The notes under the pieces are model-generated. The model saw only the letters and a program-made list of their open reading frames with translations, had not been told where the DNA came from and did not search any database. Both the position numbers and the translations under genes were made by a program. From NCBI GenBank assembly GCA_040954595.2, contig CM082584.2, positions 13,757,337-13,821,336 on the forward strand: a stretch of 64,000 nucleotides of DNA, in the 5' to 3' direction. Source of the stretch: Balanoglossus misakiensis. Its lineage: Eukaryota; Animalia; Hemichordata. Of this stretch, positions 14,111-27,640 are shown piece after piece; positions within the stretch are counted from its first letter, which is position 1; each line of letters opens with the position of its first letter.

Positions 14111-17100
14111 GGCAGAAGCCAGCCCCGCTTTTATCGAACTGATCAAAGTGAGCACACTGGATCAAAGTCAGGCATCAAGACTCCCAGCCCTCTCTGTGGA
14201 AATTCACTGGAGCCACGCGATTGCAGTTACACTGCAAGTTGGCATTGCAACTTTTAATCAGATAGGATTTGCATGGGAGCACTATATTTGTATATCCGTC
14301 ATAAAGGGATTTTAATCTTGTCTTGGGGTTGATATTATGCCTAAAAAAATTTGAGGCGTATTGTTCTCCAGTTCATGAGTATTATATTCTGGGGTTGATT
14401 TATGCCCCCATAAAAAAATCTGTCAGTGAAACGGAATTGAATTGATATTAATTTTGTGTGTTGGAGACAGAAGTCGTTCAGTCGGAGACTTGGTCTGTTT
14501 AGCTTGGTAAAGTACAGACCTGAGAGAGGAGATTATCGTGGTTCCTGTGAGTATTTTGTATTGCTAAGGCACTCTCTGCTGCAGAGTGTTGGTAGCTGTC
14601 TTGTGTGTAAAGTTGCACTGTAGTGGCAGCAGTTACAACAGATTGCAACTGGATGTCAAAGCACACACACACAGCACTGTACCTGGTGACTGCAGTCATC
14701 ATAACGCTAATAGGGAGATAACGACTTTACCAACAGTAACCGCTCCTCAGTGATTCCAGATGTGACTTTGTGCATTGGAGAGACGGAGACAGAGAATGAG
14801 CGAGAATCAAGCGCGAGAGCTGAAGTGGATTTTCAAATAACCGCTGAGAGTTCTGTGTAAATACTTGAGCTCTAGTCTCAATGGATCAATGTGTATGACT
14901 AGTGGCTGGATCATTGCAAGGAAGAAAAAAGTCTAAGAAAGGAGATTGAGAAAAAAAAATCGTACGAAGATATTTTTTATCAGGAAGCTAGGGAGGTGTA
15001 CGCTTGGCCGGCATTTGATGATGAATGGACGTAGAGACTCTTTCACACTGTAACTGGCAGAGAGTGTGGAGCTCATTTGAGTGGGTAGATCAAGGGAAAA
15101 ATCGACAGAAGCTTGACTGAATCGTAACTGTCAGAGATAATCTGGCCGGCTTAGACGGAATGCCCATGAATTGACCATTATCGTCGATGGAGATTCTGCC
15201 AAACAAGGTAGTTGGATAGTCGCTCTCCTCCCCCCTGGGGAAACTATCATTCTGTGTCTTCAGAGCAACCTTTTTTCCGGAGAATGAACACCAATAACGG
15301 GTGTTAAGTGGTAAGGATTTTCTTGATCCCAGGTAGGTGATGAGTCAAGAGCAGGTTGAAAACAGAATTTGCATCTCTACTTATTTACTCAAATTTAAAA
15401 AAAATTGTGAGGGAAGGGAAAAAAACTGATGGAAGAAAAAAACAAAACAGAAGGGGCAATTTCATGCCTGGAAAAGTGATAAGACTTAATGATTAATCGA
15501 ATTAACTCAAGGCAGGGAAATCTTGTTAAAAGGCAATTCTGCTCTATTTGCCAGTTTTTGTGGCATTAGAAAAATATTTGCAAAGGAAACATTTGTGCGG
15601 AGATCTTTGAAGGCGGAAATTTTATGATCAAATTGACTTTGGAGATTTGCCTATTGATTTGCATTGTGCTATGTTTTCAGATTCTATTTTGCTATGTGAT
15701 GAAGGTGTAATTGGATGGGTAAATAAGATGTGGGATGGTGGGAAGGGAGAGTTTCCGGCAAATGAGCCTCTTCCAATTGTTCTCTCGCAATTGCCTGTAG
15801 GGTCTCGTTTCTTGTCACTAACATCTCTCTCAGTTTCAGAGAGAGAGAGATAGAGAAAAAAAACATTGGGGTGTGTAATGTACATGGCCTGGCGAACTGT
15901 ACACAGTTTGTCATGTAACTTCGTTGAATGGAGGGAGATAGTATACATGACATTTAAATTAGTTACTGCTATAAATCAAATAGCTAATCAGGTTAAGCTA
16001 ACAAGTCGGAGTCTCCACCGATCTCCGTCAGCACAATAGGCACATGTACAATGTCGTCAGGCAATTGAAAGCAGCGTTGAGGAAAGGGACTCCGTCATTT
16101 ATCAGACATCAAAGGGAGGATTGCCAGTTTTGTATATTTCTTGTTTATCCACTCGAGTCAAGAGGTGTTTTCGCTCGTTTTCGTGACAGAATCGTTTTGA
16201 CGACGACTGATAGCTGCCCGGTTCAAGGATGACAACATGCATGTGGATGCCCCTCTGCAAAATGAGGTGAGTAGTACAAAAACTGAAAGATGCATGCGTG
16301 CCGATTCCCACCTCCCCTCCAGGTGACATTAAGGTTCATGGTCTCGTTCATGACAGTTCATGTTCAAGTTCATCTGGTCAGGTCCGAGACTGCGTCACCA
16401 AGCTGCGTCATTCCAGATTTCATCGGTCGATGTGGATAGTTTTCAGTCCTTGTAAACTCAATAACTTTTCTCGCAGAATCATTGTTGGATCATTTTGATT
16501 GCAGAAAGATCAATATGAGGAAAGGAATGACAAAAGTCAAGAAAAAGAATAATTTGACTTCCCGTGTTTTGTAGTGCTTCCACAGGTTCCTTTTTTGATC
16601 AACTGATCTAACGCTTGCCCTCGGGCTGGTAATTTTATTTATCAGGCTAGCTTCAATTGAAACTATTACTGTACATTCCTTCTGAATATGGATGGAGTTG
16701 AACCCTCTCCACTCGATAGAGGGAGGTATGTTGTTCTGCGGCCAATCCTTTACTGGGCTGCTGGGAAAAATAGTTAATTTTTTCAGGGAAATCTCCAAAC
16801 AAAAAAGATGCATTAGGGCATGATTTGGAGAGTATATGTTAATCTTAATGCACAATGGGGAGGAAAGGTTGGACGGTGATAAAAATCGTACCATCTGATG
16901 ACAAAAGCCTCACAATCGGCATCATGCTGGAATTGACAGGTGTTAGTTTCTGAAATGAAAACGACAGGAAGACATCCCATTAAATAAAGCCGTATGAGTT
17001 TTCCTCAGTGTTACTTAGACTTTAATACCTTTAGAACAGGAAATGATACAAACGCTGATATGAAAGTGGTTTATGGAATTTTTCGGTTGTGGCAAGCGCC

Positions 17101-17362
17101 ACTTTGTGTGCTTTGTGGACGTTTCTTAGCACTCTGAGACTTGTGACTTTGTGATAAAAGAGTTTTACATGAACATGAAAAAAACTAGCCAAACCTACAT
17201 GTAAATATGCAGCTTTGTACTATGACATCTACAAATGTTTATGAATTTTAAGTAAGTGTAGGTTATTAAGGTTTAGTGATAATATTGATTAATTTTTATA
17301 ATTTCAATTTAAAAATAAGTGTATTTACACTTTATTGAAGAGATGACATAAAATTTCATTAT

Positions 17363-17530
17363 AAAGGCCACTTTATGTTAGCTGTTTCCAGTTTATTTAG
17401 AAAAGTTATAAACAGTTTGATAAAATTGTGAAATTTATGAAAATATTCTTTGAAAGGCCAATGTACATAACTCTTTGCGGTTTATTTAGAAAACTTACAA
17501 GCTGTTTGCTAAAATAGGTGAAATTTCTGA
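17363..17530 (+). repeat. Diverged tandem duplication, period ~90 bp
   Basis: aaaggcca...gtttatttagaaaa...gtttg.taaaat..gtgaaattt.tga occurs starting at 17363 and again at 17453. Confidence 0.8.
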
Positions 17531-20500
17531 CTTGAAAAGCAATATATATAAAATTCCTACAACTTTCACTTTTTATCACTGAGCAAGGATGGACATGATT
17601 TGTGTTGGTTTTTGACCAAAAGGATGTGATTTTCAGATATTTTTGGAGTAGTGAGATTTATGAAGTTAATCTGCGTGTGTGTATATTCATTTTGGAAATG
17701 TTGATTGTAGGTGTTGGCCCCGGTACCTGAGTCAAGAAGACTCGGGGAAACCCTGCAGTTGATGAACGATTGCAATCTGGAAAAAAACATAAGAAAAGAA
17801 ATGAATTTCCCCGAAAAAGGGGGAAGGGCCAGAGGTAGAATGCAAAGTGAGATTAATCATATGAAAATGAAGGTGGATAGGTTTGAGTGCAAGTATGAGG
17901 GAGTGTCTAATTTCACGTGTCTGTGGTCTATCTCAAGGGATTTTTTTAAAAATCCGAAAGTTGCTGCGTCAACTCGTTCATTTTCATCAGTTGTCTGACA
18001 AGCTGGGTGGTGATTTAAAGCGATAGTTTCGGTCGATATCCACGGCTGAATTTCAAACAGGCTGCTATCGGGATATGAAAGTTAATATGGATTGAGCAAA
18101 GAGGGAGCGGCGAATTCTGTCCAAGCGAAATTAGGACGTTTTCTATTCAGTGATGGGTATAATATGATGTTCTCTACCATCTGATGAGTTGGTACGGGCA
18201 GTAGAATTGTTATTTACATAGTCAACTGACGAAAATCAATTTGCTCTGAACTTATCAATCAACTTGGCAGCAGTGTTTTGTCAGACAATCGCCTCTTCTG
18301 TAAGACACAGAAGATGTTTGTAGACACACAACAAAATCAAACACAGTAGTCTAATACAAACTCATCTTGGTTCTCTAATTTCTTGAGCCCACCGATTTTT
18401 CAAATGTCAAATTTTTAATAAAACGGTTGAATTCATCTGCAATCAATACTTATCCGTGAATTGCTTAAAAACTGTCATTCACTTGTACTTTAATCCCAAT
18501 TATGAATATTTTGAAGTACTTCACAAGAGTTTTAAAATCGAATGCATATCAGTGTTTAGTTTTTATACTGTCCACAATTCTGTCTGTGTTGATGTTTTTT
18601 ATCGTGTGGAAATAATATGTCAAGGGCAGGTTTTTTTAAAACTGAACCATTTATTTGTTTGAAAACAGTCTCTTGAATTTTGCTATTTAAGTTTCATCTG
18701 ATGTTTTCAAAAAGATGAAAGTTAATAAAATTTCAGATGATATATTCAGCAGATGGTAGGCACTAGTCCACACAAATATAATCTAAATTTCATGACAAAC
18801 TGGAATTTGGAGATGACCGATATGTCCCCATAGGGAAGGGAACATCAGTGGGGAAGAGGTCAGAGGTCCAGATTAATGTTATTGGCCTCTTGCAAGCAGA
18901 AGTCGTAGTGGCCGTGCCCTGTGAGTCAGTTTTGTCAATAGAGATCAGACCTCAGGGCTCTCAAATGACAAAGAGGAAAAGATGAGAGTGGCAGAGAACC
19001 TCTCTTTACGTTCTGTGCTGTGACACTGACAGGATTTTTTGAGATGCTTGAAAAAATTTCCCCCTGTATGGTTTACATGGTTCACTTGCTAGTTATTTCT
19101 TTTGACAATTTTACGATTATGGTCGATGGTTGTCTACACTTTCTCCATGCGGCATAATCACAAAGCACAGTTAACTCGGCTTGAATCAACTTCACAGTGT
19201 CGATGATGAAAAATTAAAAACTAAAAGAGCTGAAAATGAGCAAGGAAGTGTCATTGTGTTCTGGGCTTAATTCATACACGGTTTCAAGTCGATTGCTAAT
19301 AGGACTTGACAAGCCAGTGAAAACCATCTAGTGGGCAATTCTCTGAAACGGGCAAGATAGAAAGCTAATAGGCTTTTGGGAACTCAGGGATATCTATAGT
19401 TGTGCCGTAAGGATAAACAGTGGTTGTCTTTTGATAGTCTGTTTTCCTGCACCAAAGCCCAAATTCATCAGCGTTAGAGAGTGATGGAAGCCCCCTGGTA
19501 CACAAGGTCTCTTGACGTAGCTTGTATTTTTCATATTAATGTTGCAATATGAAGAGTGCCTGCAGCCATCTTTTACAGGTTCATTGGATTCCTGCGCTTT
19601 GTTTTCACTAGAATGGGAAACGCTGTATCAATATTCCTCGTTATAATTTCAGTCTTGTTTGACGAGAGTTCGAAATGAGTTTAAACTTTGGCACAGCTAT
19701 CCTTTGATTGTAGTGGAATTTATTTCTGTTGGCAAAGGGATGCTGATGTTTTCAGATTTTATTAGTATTCTGCGTCGGATGAGACCTAAAAAAGCGCATG
19801 AATGATGCGCCACAGTACACGGCAGAAAAAGGTCAACTAGAAAATCTCGTCTTGGATTGGAGAAAAAATGGTAATATTGCGAGGAAAGCACCAGAAATTT
19901 GTAAATCAGAAACAGCGTATCAGAGTTCAAGTCTACGATCATTTGTAGAGAGTGAAATGTTGTGTGCATTAGACCGTAGTAGCATTAATGAAGGTCATGA
20001 ATCATTAATTAATGATTGATTACCTGTCAGTCTGCAATAATGAAAAAAAAAATCAGTTCGTTGGAAGGATATTGCTGCACATTGTTTTCACAAAGAACAT
20101 CACCAGTGAGCCGTGCTTGTTGATATCGGTTCATTTTTACCATGAAGGATGGTGTAATATGGAGAATATTTTCGGTCAGATTTTTGTCCTGTGGGCATTA
20201 GATATTAGGTTAGGGTTTGGTCATGTGGTGCGGAGCCAGCCAGGGGCAAAAATGCATTTAGGGTTGGTGAATCTTAACTCAAGGACTTTGCAACGGCAAA
20301 AATATTGTCGTTTAAACAGTATACGAGGAATAAAAAAAGTTTTCCAATAGTTTTGTTTATACGACGATTCCTATGGCCTCAACAGATTGCTCGAAATACA
20401 TGTAACTTCTACATCAGAAAATTCATTAACCTGAAAATGATCTTGTGTAAAATATGCAAAATGTAAACGATATCGGCACTTTGTTATGGCAACTGGCCGT

Positions 20501-21713
20501 CCTCCTTGTGTTGTTTTATTTAAGAGACAAGGTAGTTCCAGGCGACAGCCTGGGCTTCGGAACAATGGGACCCAAATCATATTTTATTCAGATGAACATT
20601 TTCATTGAGTCGTTTTCTTGAGAATGATTTGATCCGTGGTCGTAAAACTCTTGAAAGGAAAGTGACGGTGGTCTGTAGTGGCCACATTGTGTGGCAGAAT
20701 TAATAGTTCCAGGGAGGGAAAATGCGATTTATCTCGATGGCAACGACAGCGGGACAGGTGCCGGGGACGGGCAAGAAGAATCACACAAAACACACCATTG
20801 AGAGAGTTCAGATCGTGTTGATGCCATTAAACTTGTATGAGGTGAAGGTACGATGAATGTTTTTTTCCTTCTGTTGAATAATTGCCGCATTTGGCAAAAG
20901 GGGCATTTTTTTAGTTAATTCATTTACATTCCCAATCGGTGGTGCTCAAATTACTTTTCACATTTTTGACACAGGTCAACCACTTGCAAGCCTAACATCA
21001 AATAATGAAAAATAGATTTTAACCTTGTTTGTATTCTATTCATATGAACTTCCAACATGAAATATTTTTACTTGAGTCAGTCACTTTTCAAAGCTATGGT
21101 CATGCATATAACGAAAAAAAGGTTTATATGGTACATATTTTTTATGTGCTTTTATGAGACATTTTGTACTTAAAATTCAGTTATGACCATCACTCAGTGG
21201 CCAAAGAGTCATGTGTCTAAAACATGTTTTTTCTCTCACAGTTTTTTGTTGTTGCAATATGTGGTTCTGTAGACACCAGGTTGATGTAGGTCAGAGGTTT
21301 ACTGGAGGTTGTCGGTTCATTTATGAAATTATTGCTTTAAGTGGACATATTTCTTCAGCTCGGCGTTAACTATCATTGATTTCAGTGACACATATATTCT
21401 GTCATTGATATAATTGTCAACTTGTCATTGTAAATTATTTTTTATTTAACATCATCATCGTAAATACTGTCACAGTACCTTGTGATAGATTTTAACAGGA
21501 AAACTGACAATGCATTATATATGGTGGTGTGTAAAGTTTATGATATGGCTTAATACATGAACAAAAAAAGATGTTGACAAAACTTTGCAAGATGACTGTT
21601 TTAATAAAAAATGTTGTAATTACTTAAAACTAATTGGTGAGCCAGTCAGCTTTCGTTTTGAGAGTGCTGCTTGTACATATGTTAAAAGATTTAACATACA
21701 TAATATTTATGCA

Positions 21714-21860
21714 ATGGAAAGTTGAGATCCAGCCAATCACAGATTTTCACGTCAGAGCGTACTGTTAAAAAAGTGTGCCATCGCATGTTGGTAAGAAGAC
21801 CCAGACATGCCCATTTTAACTATATATGGGCATATATTGATTAGAGGTGATTGGGTTCCT
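21714..21860 (-). mobile_element. Kolobok/T2-type MITE (family A, copy 2, degenerate, reverse orientation)
   Basis: atggaaagttgagatccagccaatcacagattttca and gacatgcccattttaactatatatgg match the reverse complement of 9363-9512. The right end is CCT-TTAA (21858-21864); the left end is not resolved. Confidence 0.7.
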
Positions 21861-23225
21861 TTAAACCATTTAAACTGGAATGAAGATCAGACTACATTTT
21901 GTACTTGTCTGTAGCTGTCACTGTAAGCTGTTGCCAGTTTTCTGTGACGTTCGGTGAGTTAGTGAAAATTTCTGCTCTTGTCATTGGAGACAACTATTGT
22001 CGATTTGTATTGAGAGTGATTGCTCAAGAGGGTATTTCTGTGTCTTGTGTTTTTAAATGCCAAGTCTTTCATCTGTACAGAACACACATGAAATGCATGG
22101 TCATCAATAAAGGCATTTCAATGACGGCACAGTGTAGTGTACATGTATACGTGTACCACAGATAGCAAACTTTTCTTATTTGTAGTGTTTATTTTCTGAG
22201 TGATATCATGGAAGTTTTAAGAGCAAATTTTGTAACAAACATTACTACATAGACCTGTCCTTGTACATGTAGACACTGTTTTTGAGCAAAAAACAAACAA
22301 ATAAACACCAAAATTTTCTTGCACAAAATCCAGGATGAAGAACTTGCTTTAGACATTAAACTTTGCTTTGCATGTCTCTATCCAAATCTTTACATGTAAT
22401 CTGCCCACATTCTCAGATTTCCTTCCAGTTAAGCTCTCAAGTGTTACATGATAAAAATTGACATTACTGTTGTGATGTAATTTGTGGCGTGTGATTTAAA
22501 ACTAAAGCAGAAATCAGATTTCAGGAAACATTCAAATTGGCCTGTCTGTCTCTCTGCTTCACAAAGAAAATTGATGAAGGCTGATTACAAAATAATAGTT
22601 ACAAGTGAGTTTAATAACTTACAGAAAGCGTGCAAGTATCATTAGGAACAAATTGGCCTCTTTACTCAGCTGACCTTTGACCATGACCCATTTTTTTGCA
22701 GGCACATGTACTCCATCTTTTTTAGCTTTTTCACTCTTTTCATTTTGTGGTCTAAGCTTTTTTGATTTACTGCTGTGCGTTAATAGCAGCTAAAAACAGG
22801 GCAGTGCCCTAGTGTACGTGCGTATGGATGGTCCATTTAACTCTTACTCTGGGCTTGTGATCCTTTTAACTCTTTGTTTTCAATAGGGCGAATGGTACGC
22901 ATTGTGAAAAGGGCTGAAATGGAACAAAAAACACACTAAAACTAAGCTTAAGTGTGCCCCAAGTATGTCGACTTAATTGTGTAATTTAAACATCTCAGCA
23001 CTTTTATTGTACCTCAAAATTTAAGAGCAGGCTTGTGCTGAACAGTTAAGAGAGCAGGTGCGTATGATCATTGGGGGAAAATATATTGTCCAAGTGAATC
23101 GTCTTGACCATGTTTCCTTGTATTCCATGGCAATGATGTCCAAGTGCCCAGAGAGGATGTAGAAGCAGCAATTACTGTCAAAACCCAGGAATTGACCGAA
23201 TGCATCATCCGGGTTGGCATATTAA

Positions 23226-23310
23226 CCCTGTTCACCGCTACTTTGGACCTGTCCCATTGTTTTCAATTGCGAGCTTGGATTGAAACATTAGAGAAACAGG
23301 GATGAAAGGG
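23226..23310. mobile_element. Short piggyBac-like MITE (TTAA-CCC...GGG-TTAA), 85 bp
   Basis: TTAA at 23222-23225 and 23311-23314. Imperfect TIR: CCCTGTTCACC versus CCCTTTCATCC. A related degenerate copy lies near 59030-59110. Confidence 0.6.
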
Positions 23311-26300
23311 TTAAGTGTTGAGGGCTACTCAAATGATGCCTGTGGATTTTTCACGAAACTGCACTTGTTGTTGTTTGAGAAAATGGCGATTTGATAGTAT
23401 TATTCATTGTTTGTAATGCAGGGAAATAGTCATTTCTTCGAAAATGGTTAAAACAAGCAGAAAGAATATATTCAACATTTGAGAAATTTAAAATGAATAG
23501 GAAATGATGATACACGTCTCCAAGCAGTTGAAATATCCAATGATATAAAATGATGTGAAAAAACAAAATTTTGTAATTTTTGATCAATTTTTACATCTAT
23601 TGTAATTTCTCTGTTCGTAAATCATACAGGCTCTGACTGCACAGAAAAACGTGATGATAACATCATACAATGAATTAGGGCACAGACTGTTGAATTTTAT
23701 TATTCCCTAAAAAATTGGAACTTTACGACTTACCATAAAAATCAACCAGCCATATACTGCAAGCGCTATTTTTATACAGTTTGATGAGATTTTAGTGAAG
23801 CCTAGTCTATTTAAAAAGTAATATTGAAATATCATCTGCCTTGGACTTGTTCTGTATTAATAGTGAGCTTCAGAATAGTACCAGGGATTATTTTAACAAT
23901 CATGTTTTTATGAACAGTTAAAAGCTCTGGGATTGCAACTTGTGGAGAGACACAGAGCTGTCAAATTGGCAGCCGCTGCGTTGAAAGTTGTCTCACACAT
24001 GTCGAAACTTTTTTTTTTCACTTTCATTTGACTAGTTCCATACACACAGGTGGGAAAGGTCAGAACCTGAGGTGTGCAGACAATTCATGTGGCTCCAATG
24101 TTCTGAGAATGGGAGCAGCCTTTTTTTTATTGATGGGCTATGTTACTGCCTCTGTGTACTTTCAGAGGTGTCGGACGTACGTGAAGATAGCATCGTCTTT
24201 TTTCGGTCAGGGAATGCTTTATGGTGTTTTTATGCAGAGCCGGTAGAATTGAGACAGTGCCATCTATTAATAAATAGGGGGTGGGAATGGAAATTTGGTT
24301 GGTTATCTCTGGTGATATCTGTGACAGTGACGAATGTCTGTACTCAGCCAAGTGCAGTGCAGCCAGAACTGTCTCCAAACACAGCACAGTTACAGAGCTG
24401 TATGGTGTAAATTTTGAATGATGAAAAATAGATGGATTCAGAGAAGCATGAGAGGAGGCTCCTATCGTTGTTTGATGAGAAAACCTGGTAGAGTGGATTT
24501 ATACATTAGCTGAAGCACTTTGTCTTGTGCTTCTAAATTGCTGTGTTTCTCACTCCCGTTTTTTTCAACAATCAGGTCAGGAGAGTTCTCTTTATGGTTG
24601 CCCTCTTACATTGACCCATTGGCAAAGAGCGAGGTCTCCTTTGTACCCCTGCTGTCACACATGTTCAGTACCTAACTGACAGTGTTAGAGACGTAGCCTG
24701 TCATTCAGCATCTTGTCAAATGATTGTGACAAAATTATGATTTAGACTAGAGACAACGCCAATGCAAACATTTATAGACAAAATTATTTGCTTTTTAACG
24801 ATGCACAGGAGACATCATTAGGGATCCATTGTGTTATAATATCTCAGAAAAACATCAAACTCATAAACACATTGCTCTCTAGTCTAAGTTGTGATCAACT
24901 TCTGTGTGGAATTTTCTGCAAACTACAGGTGTTCTAAGTGAATCTAGAATTTCAATTTTCCGGGAGTGATTCTTCAGATGAACATTTTTCAAGTTGTGAA
25001 ATTTTTATGAATCTCAAATTTGTGTTAAATGACAAAAAAAATATGGTTTCCATTTTAATAATAGTAATAGTACACTTCTAACAATACTGTCCACTAAGCT
25101 TCTCTGGATTGCACAGAAATTCATTTGCTGGCAATGCTTCAAAATCTGCATAATATGCACATTTCATCATGCTAAGCTTACTCTTGGCTTGCCTAAAAGT
25201 GGTAGGGTTTTACCAACTGAATTGCTTGACCTATATCTGCCCCCAGTCACGTCACAAGATGAAGCGGTGTGTATTAACACAGCCAATTCCTGAGGCAAAA
25301 TTGCCACCACTTGAATTTATTTGGTTATTTTATTTTCATACTAGATGTTATTTACGTTCTTTTTATAAATTATGCAAACTGTGACTTCAGAGTTAATTCT
25401 CTAGTGTCTAAAACATGCTGCCATCTTGCTTGTGGGCATAACCTAGGAATATTACCATGGCAATTTTTTGATATCGTGCAAAAGTTATGCCATATTTATA
25501 ATTTCTCTGTGTCTACAGGCTGTGGGGCTTGGCATTTCAATATGTCTCTGAGAACATATGTCATGAATAATTTAACATGCAAGATAAAACGAAAATCAAT
25601 GAAACAAATGTCTGATAGAAGGTAGCAACTTCGTCCCTTCAGTCACGATGCCCCCACCCATTTTCCTGCCTATCGATCGGAACATACATGTACCATTTAA
25701 AACTGTGGTTTTTACACTAAACAGGCTGCCTGAGAGGTGAAGTTAAAACTAAACTGTGTGTTATGAAGATAGCCTGTAAAGATAAGGAAACAATTTTATG
25801 TAATAAAATTAATTTCAAAACTTTGACACTACACCTATCAAGTTGGACTGAAGGTTTGAAAGTTACACAACATATTTTACAAAGCATAACTCTTTAAGTT
25901 ATGTCACATATTAGTTTCACTCGTGTGAAATTTATATTATATTATTTTTGGATAAGAATGTAAAGTATCATTGATTACATAATTCCTGTCATTTTTGAAA
26001 AGATACAGTTTTGCTCACTGTTGGGACTACTGAAAATCGTGGTTCCTGATTGGCTGGCAAGCAGATGTCTTCAGCTTCTGAGCCAATTAGGAGGGATGTC
26101 CCACAGGGTGTGCATTCCATGTGGTTGACACAGCTGTGATTATCTTTTCTTTGGTCTTGGACATTGTCAGACATGAAATAAAATTGTTAATTGATCTAAA
26201 GGACGAGTTAACTCACAGAGGAATGAATGCAAAGTCGATGGATGAAAAAGATGAAAGAACGAATGACTGACAGCTGAATCATCGAACGAATGAAAAGATA

Positions 26301-27521
26301 AAAAGTTGTGAAGGAATGAATGGGTATCCTTGAATTCAAAGGCACCATTAGATTTTATAATGATAGGATTGATTGAGTTAAACAAAAGCAAGAACAAAGA
26401 GGGGGAGATAAATTAGGGCATGTAGGTATTTCTTGTGTGGAATTGAAGTTGACGTTTTGTCGTAAATGGATTCTGTCAGTGTAGTGTTCATCAATCTGTG
26501 CAAAAAAGAAGAAACAAAGAAAGAGATGAAAATGTTCAACCAGGAGTGATGGAGTGTCTCCGTGCAAAGTCGCATTTGATGGCTCGGCCAATAAACGGAT
26601 TACTTGACATCGGAAAATCCGAGTTGGTAATTGCAGTGTAAAACAAATGAACCAACTCCATCTTTCTTAGCTTGGCATGTGAATTGAGTGCTCGGGCAGT
26701 CTTTTGTATTAAGGGTTGCTGCCTGTGATGGATTAGTCATGTTAACAATATAGTGGTTGTAAAAGTAGGCACGGAGGCATTAATTGGACATTGTTTTTCT
26801 TTCTTCTCCATGAATGTACAATAGGCTCATTTACTCGCCAGACTGTCATTTACAGTCGGGGTGGCCCATGAGTTCTGATTAAATCATGGCCGTTTGCCGC
26901 TTGCACTGGGTGACGGTGATGAATGTGGCAGTGGGTCTGTCCGCGCGTGTCTCGTCTCCCACAATTTGCAGGACAAAGAGAAGTTGATAAAAATCCATTA
27001 AGATGCGCTGATTCACAGTGCTGTGAAGTATATAGAGAGCTAATAAGTCGGATGACCAGGTCCAGACCGTTTATCAGGGCTTTATTCAGCCCCGGTATGT
27101 CGAGATGAAACCTGACGGGCGCTGGCAGACAATGGCCCCCTTTGTGGCAGTTCTATGAATCTCTGGTAATGCAATAAATGTGTGTTTTGTGTTATTTTAT
27201 TGCATAAAACATATTTGCAGCTGATTTGCAACATTATTTGGGCAAACACAGGCTGCTAGTACCTCACCTTTTGTTTGCTTGTTGACGTTACCGAACACTG
27301 AAAATGACGGCAAATATCCTCCTTTCAGTAGCTGGTATATAATCCAGTATTTTTGTAACACTGTATAATTTTAAGAAATAAAACTTTAAATGGGCGTAAT
27401 GATACCACTCAGCGTTTACCACTTGATTCTCCTGGCATTTATTTGTGCTCTGACTGAGATCAAATGCTATTGTTACCTGAGTTTCTGTGAAAACAAGAAA
27501 TTCGTGTGTTATTAGATTTAA

Positions 27522-27640
27522 CCCCCTGAGTAAATTGAATTTCCTGCTTTGAGGAGGCTCTCCACTTGCACAAAGAGCGATATCACTTGGCGTGTGCAGG
27601 ATCTCGTTTGCGGTGCAGCCATTTTACCCGGCTGTACGGG
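27522..27640. mobile_element. Possible degenerate piggyBac-like MITE
   Basis: Flanked by TTAA (27518-27521, 27641-27644) with CCC/GGG ends, but TIR similarity beyond the ends is weak (CCTGAGTAAATTG vs CCGGGTAAAATG). Confidence 0.3.
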
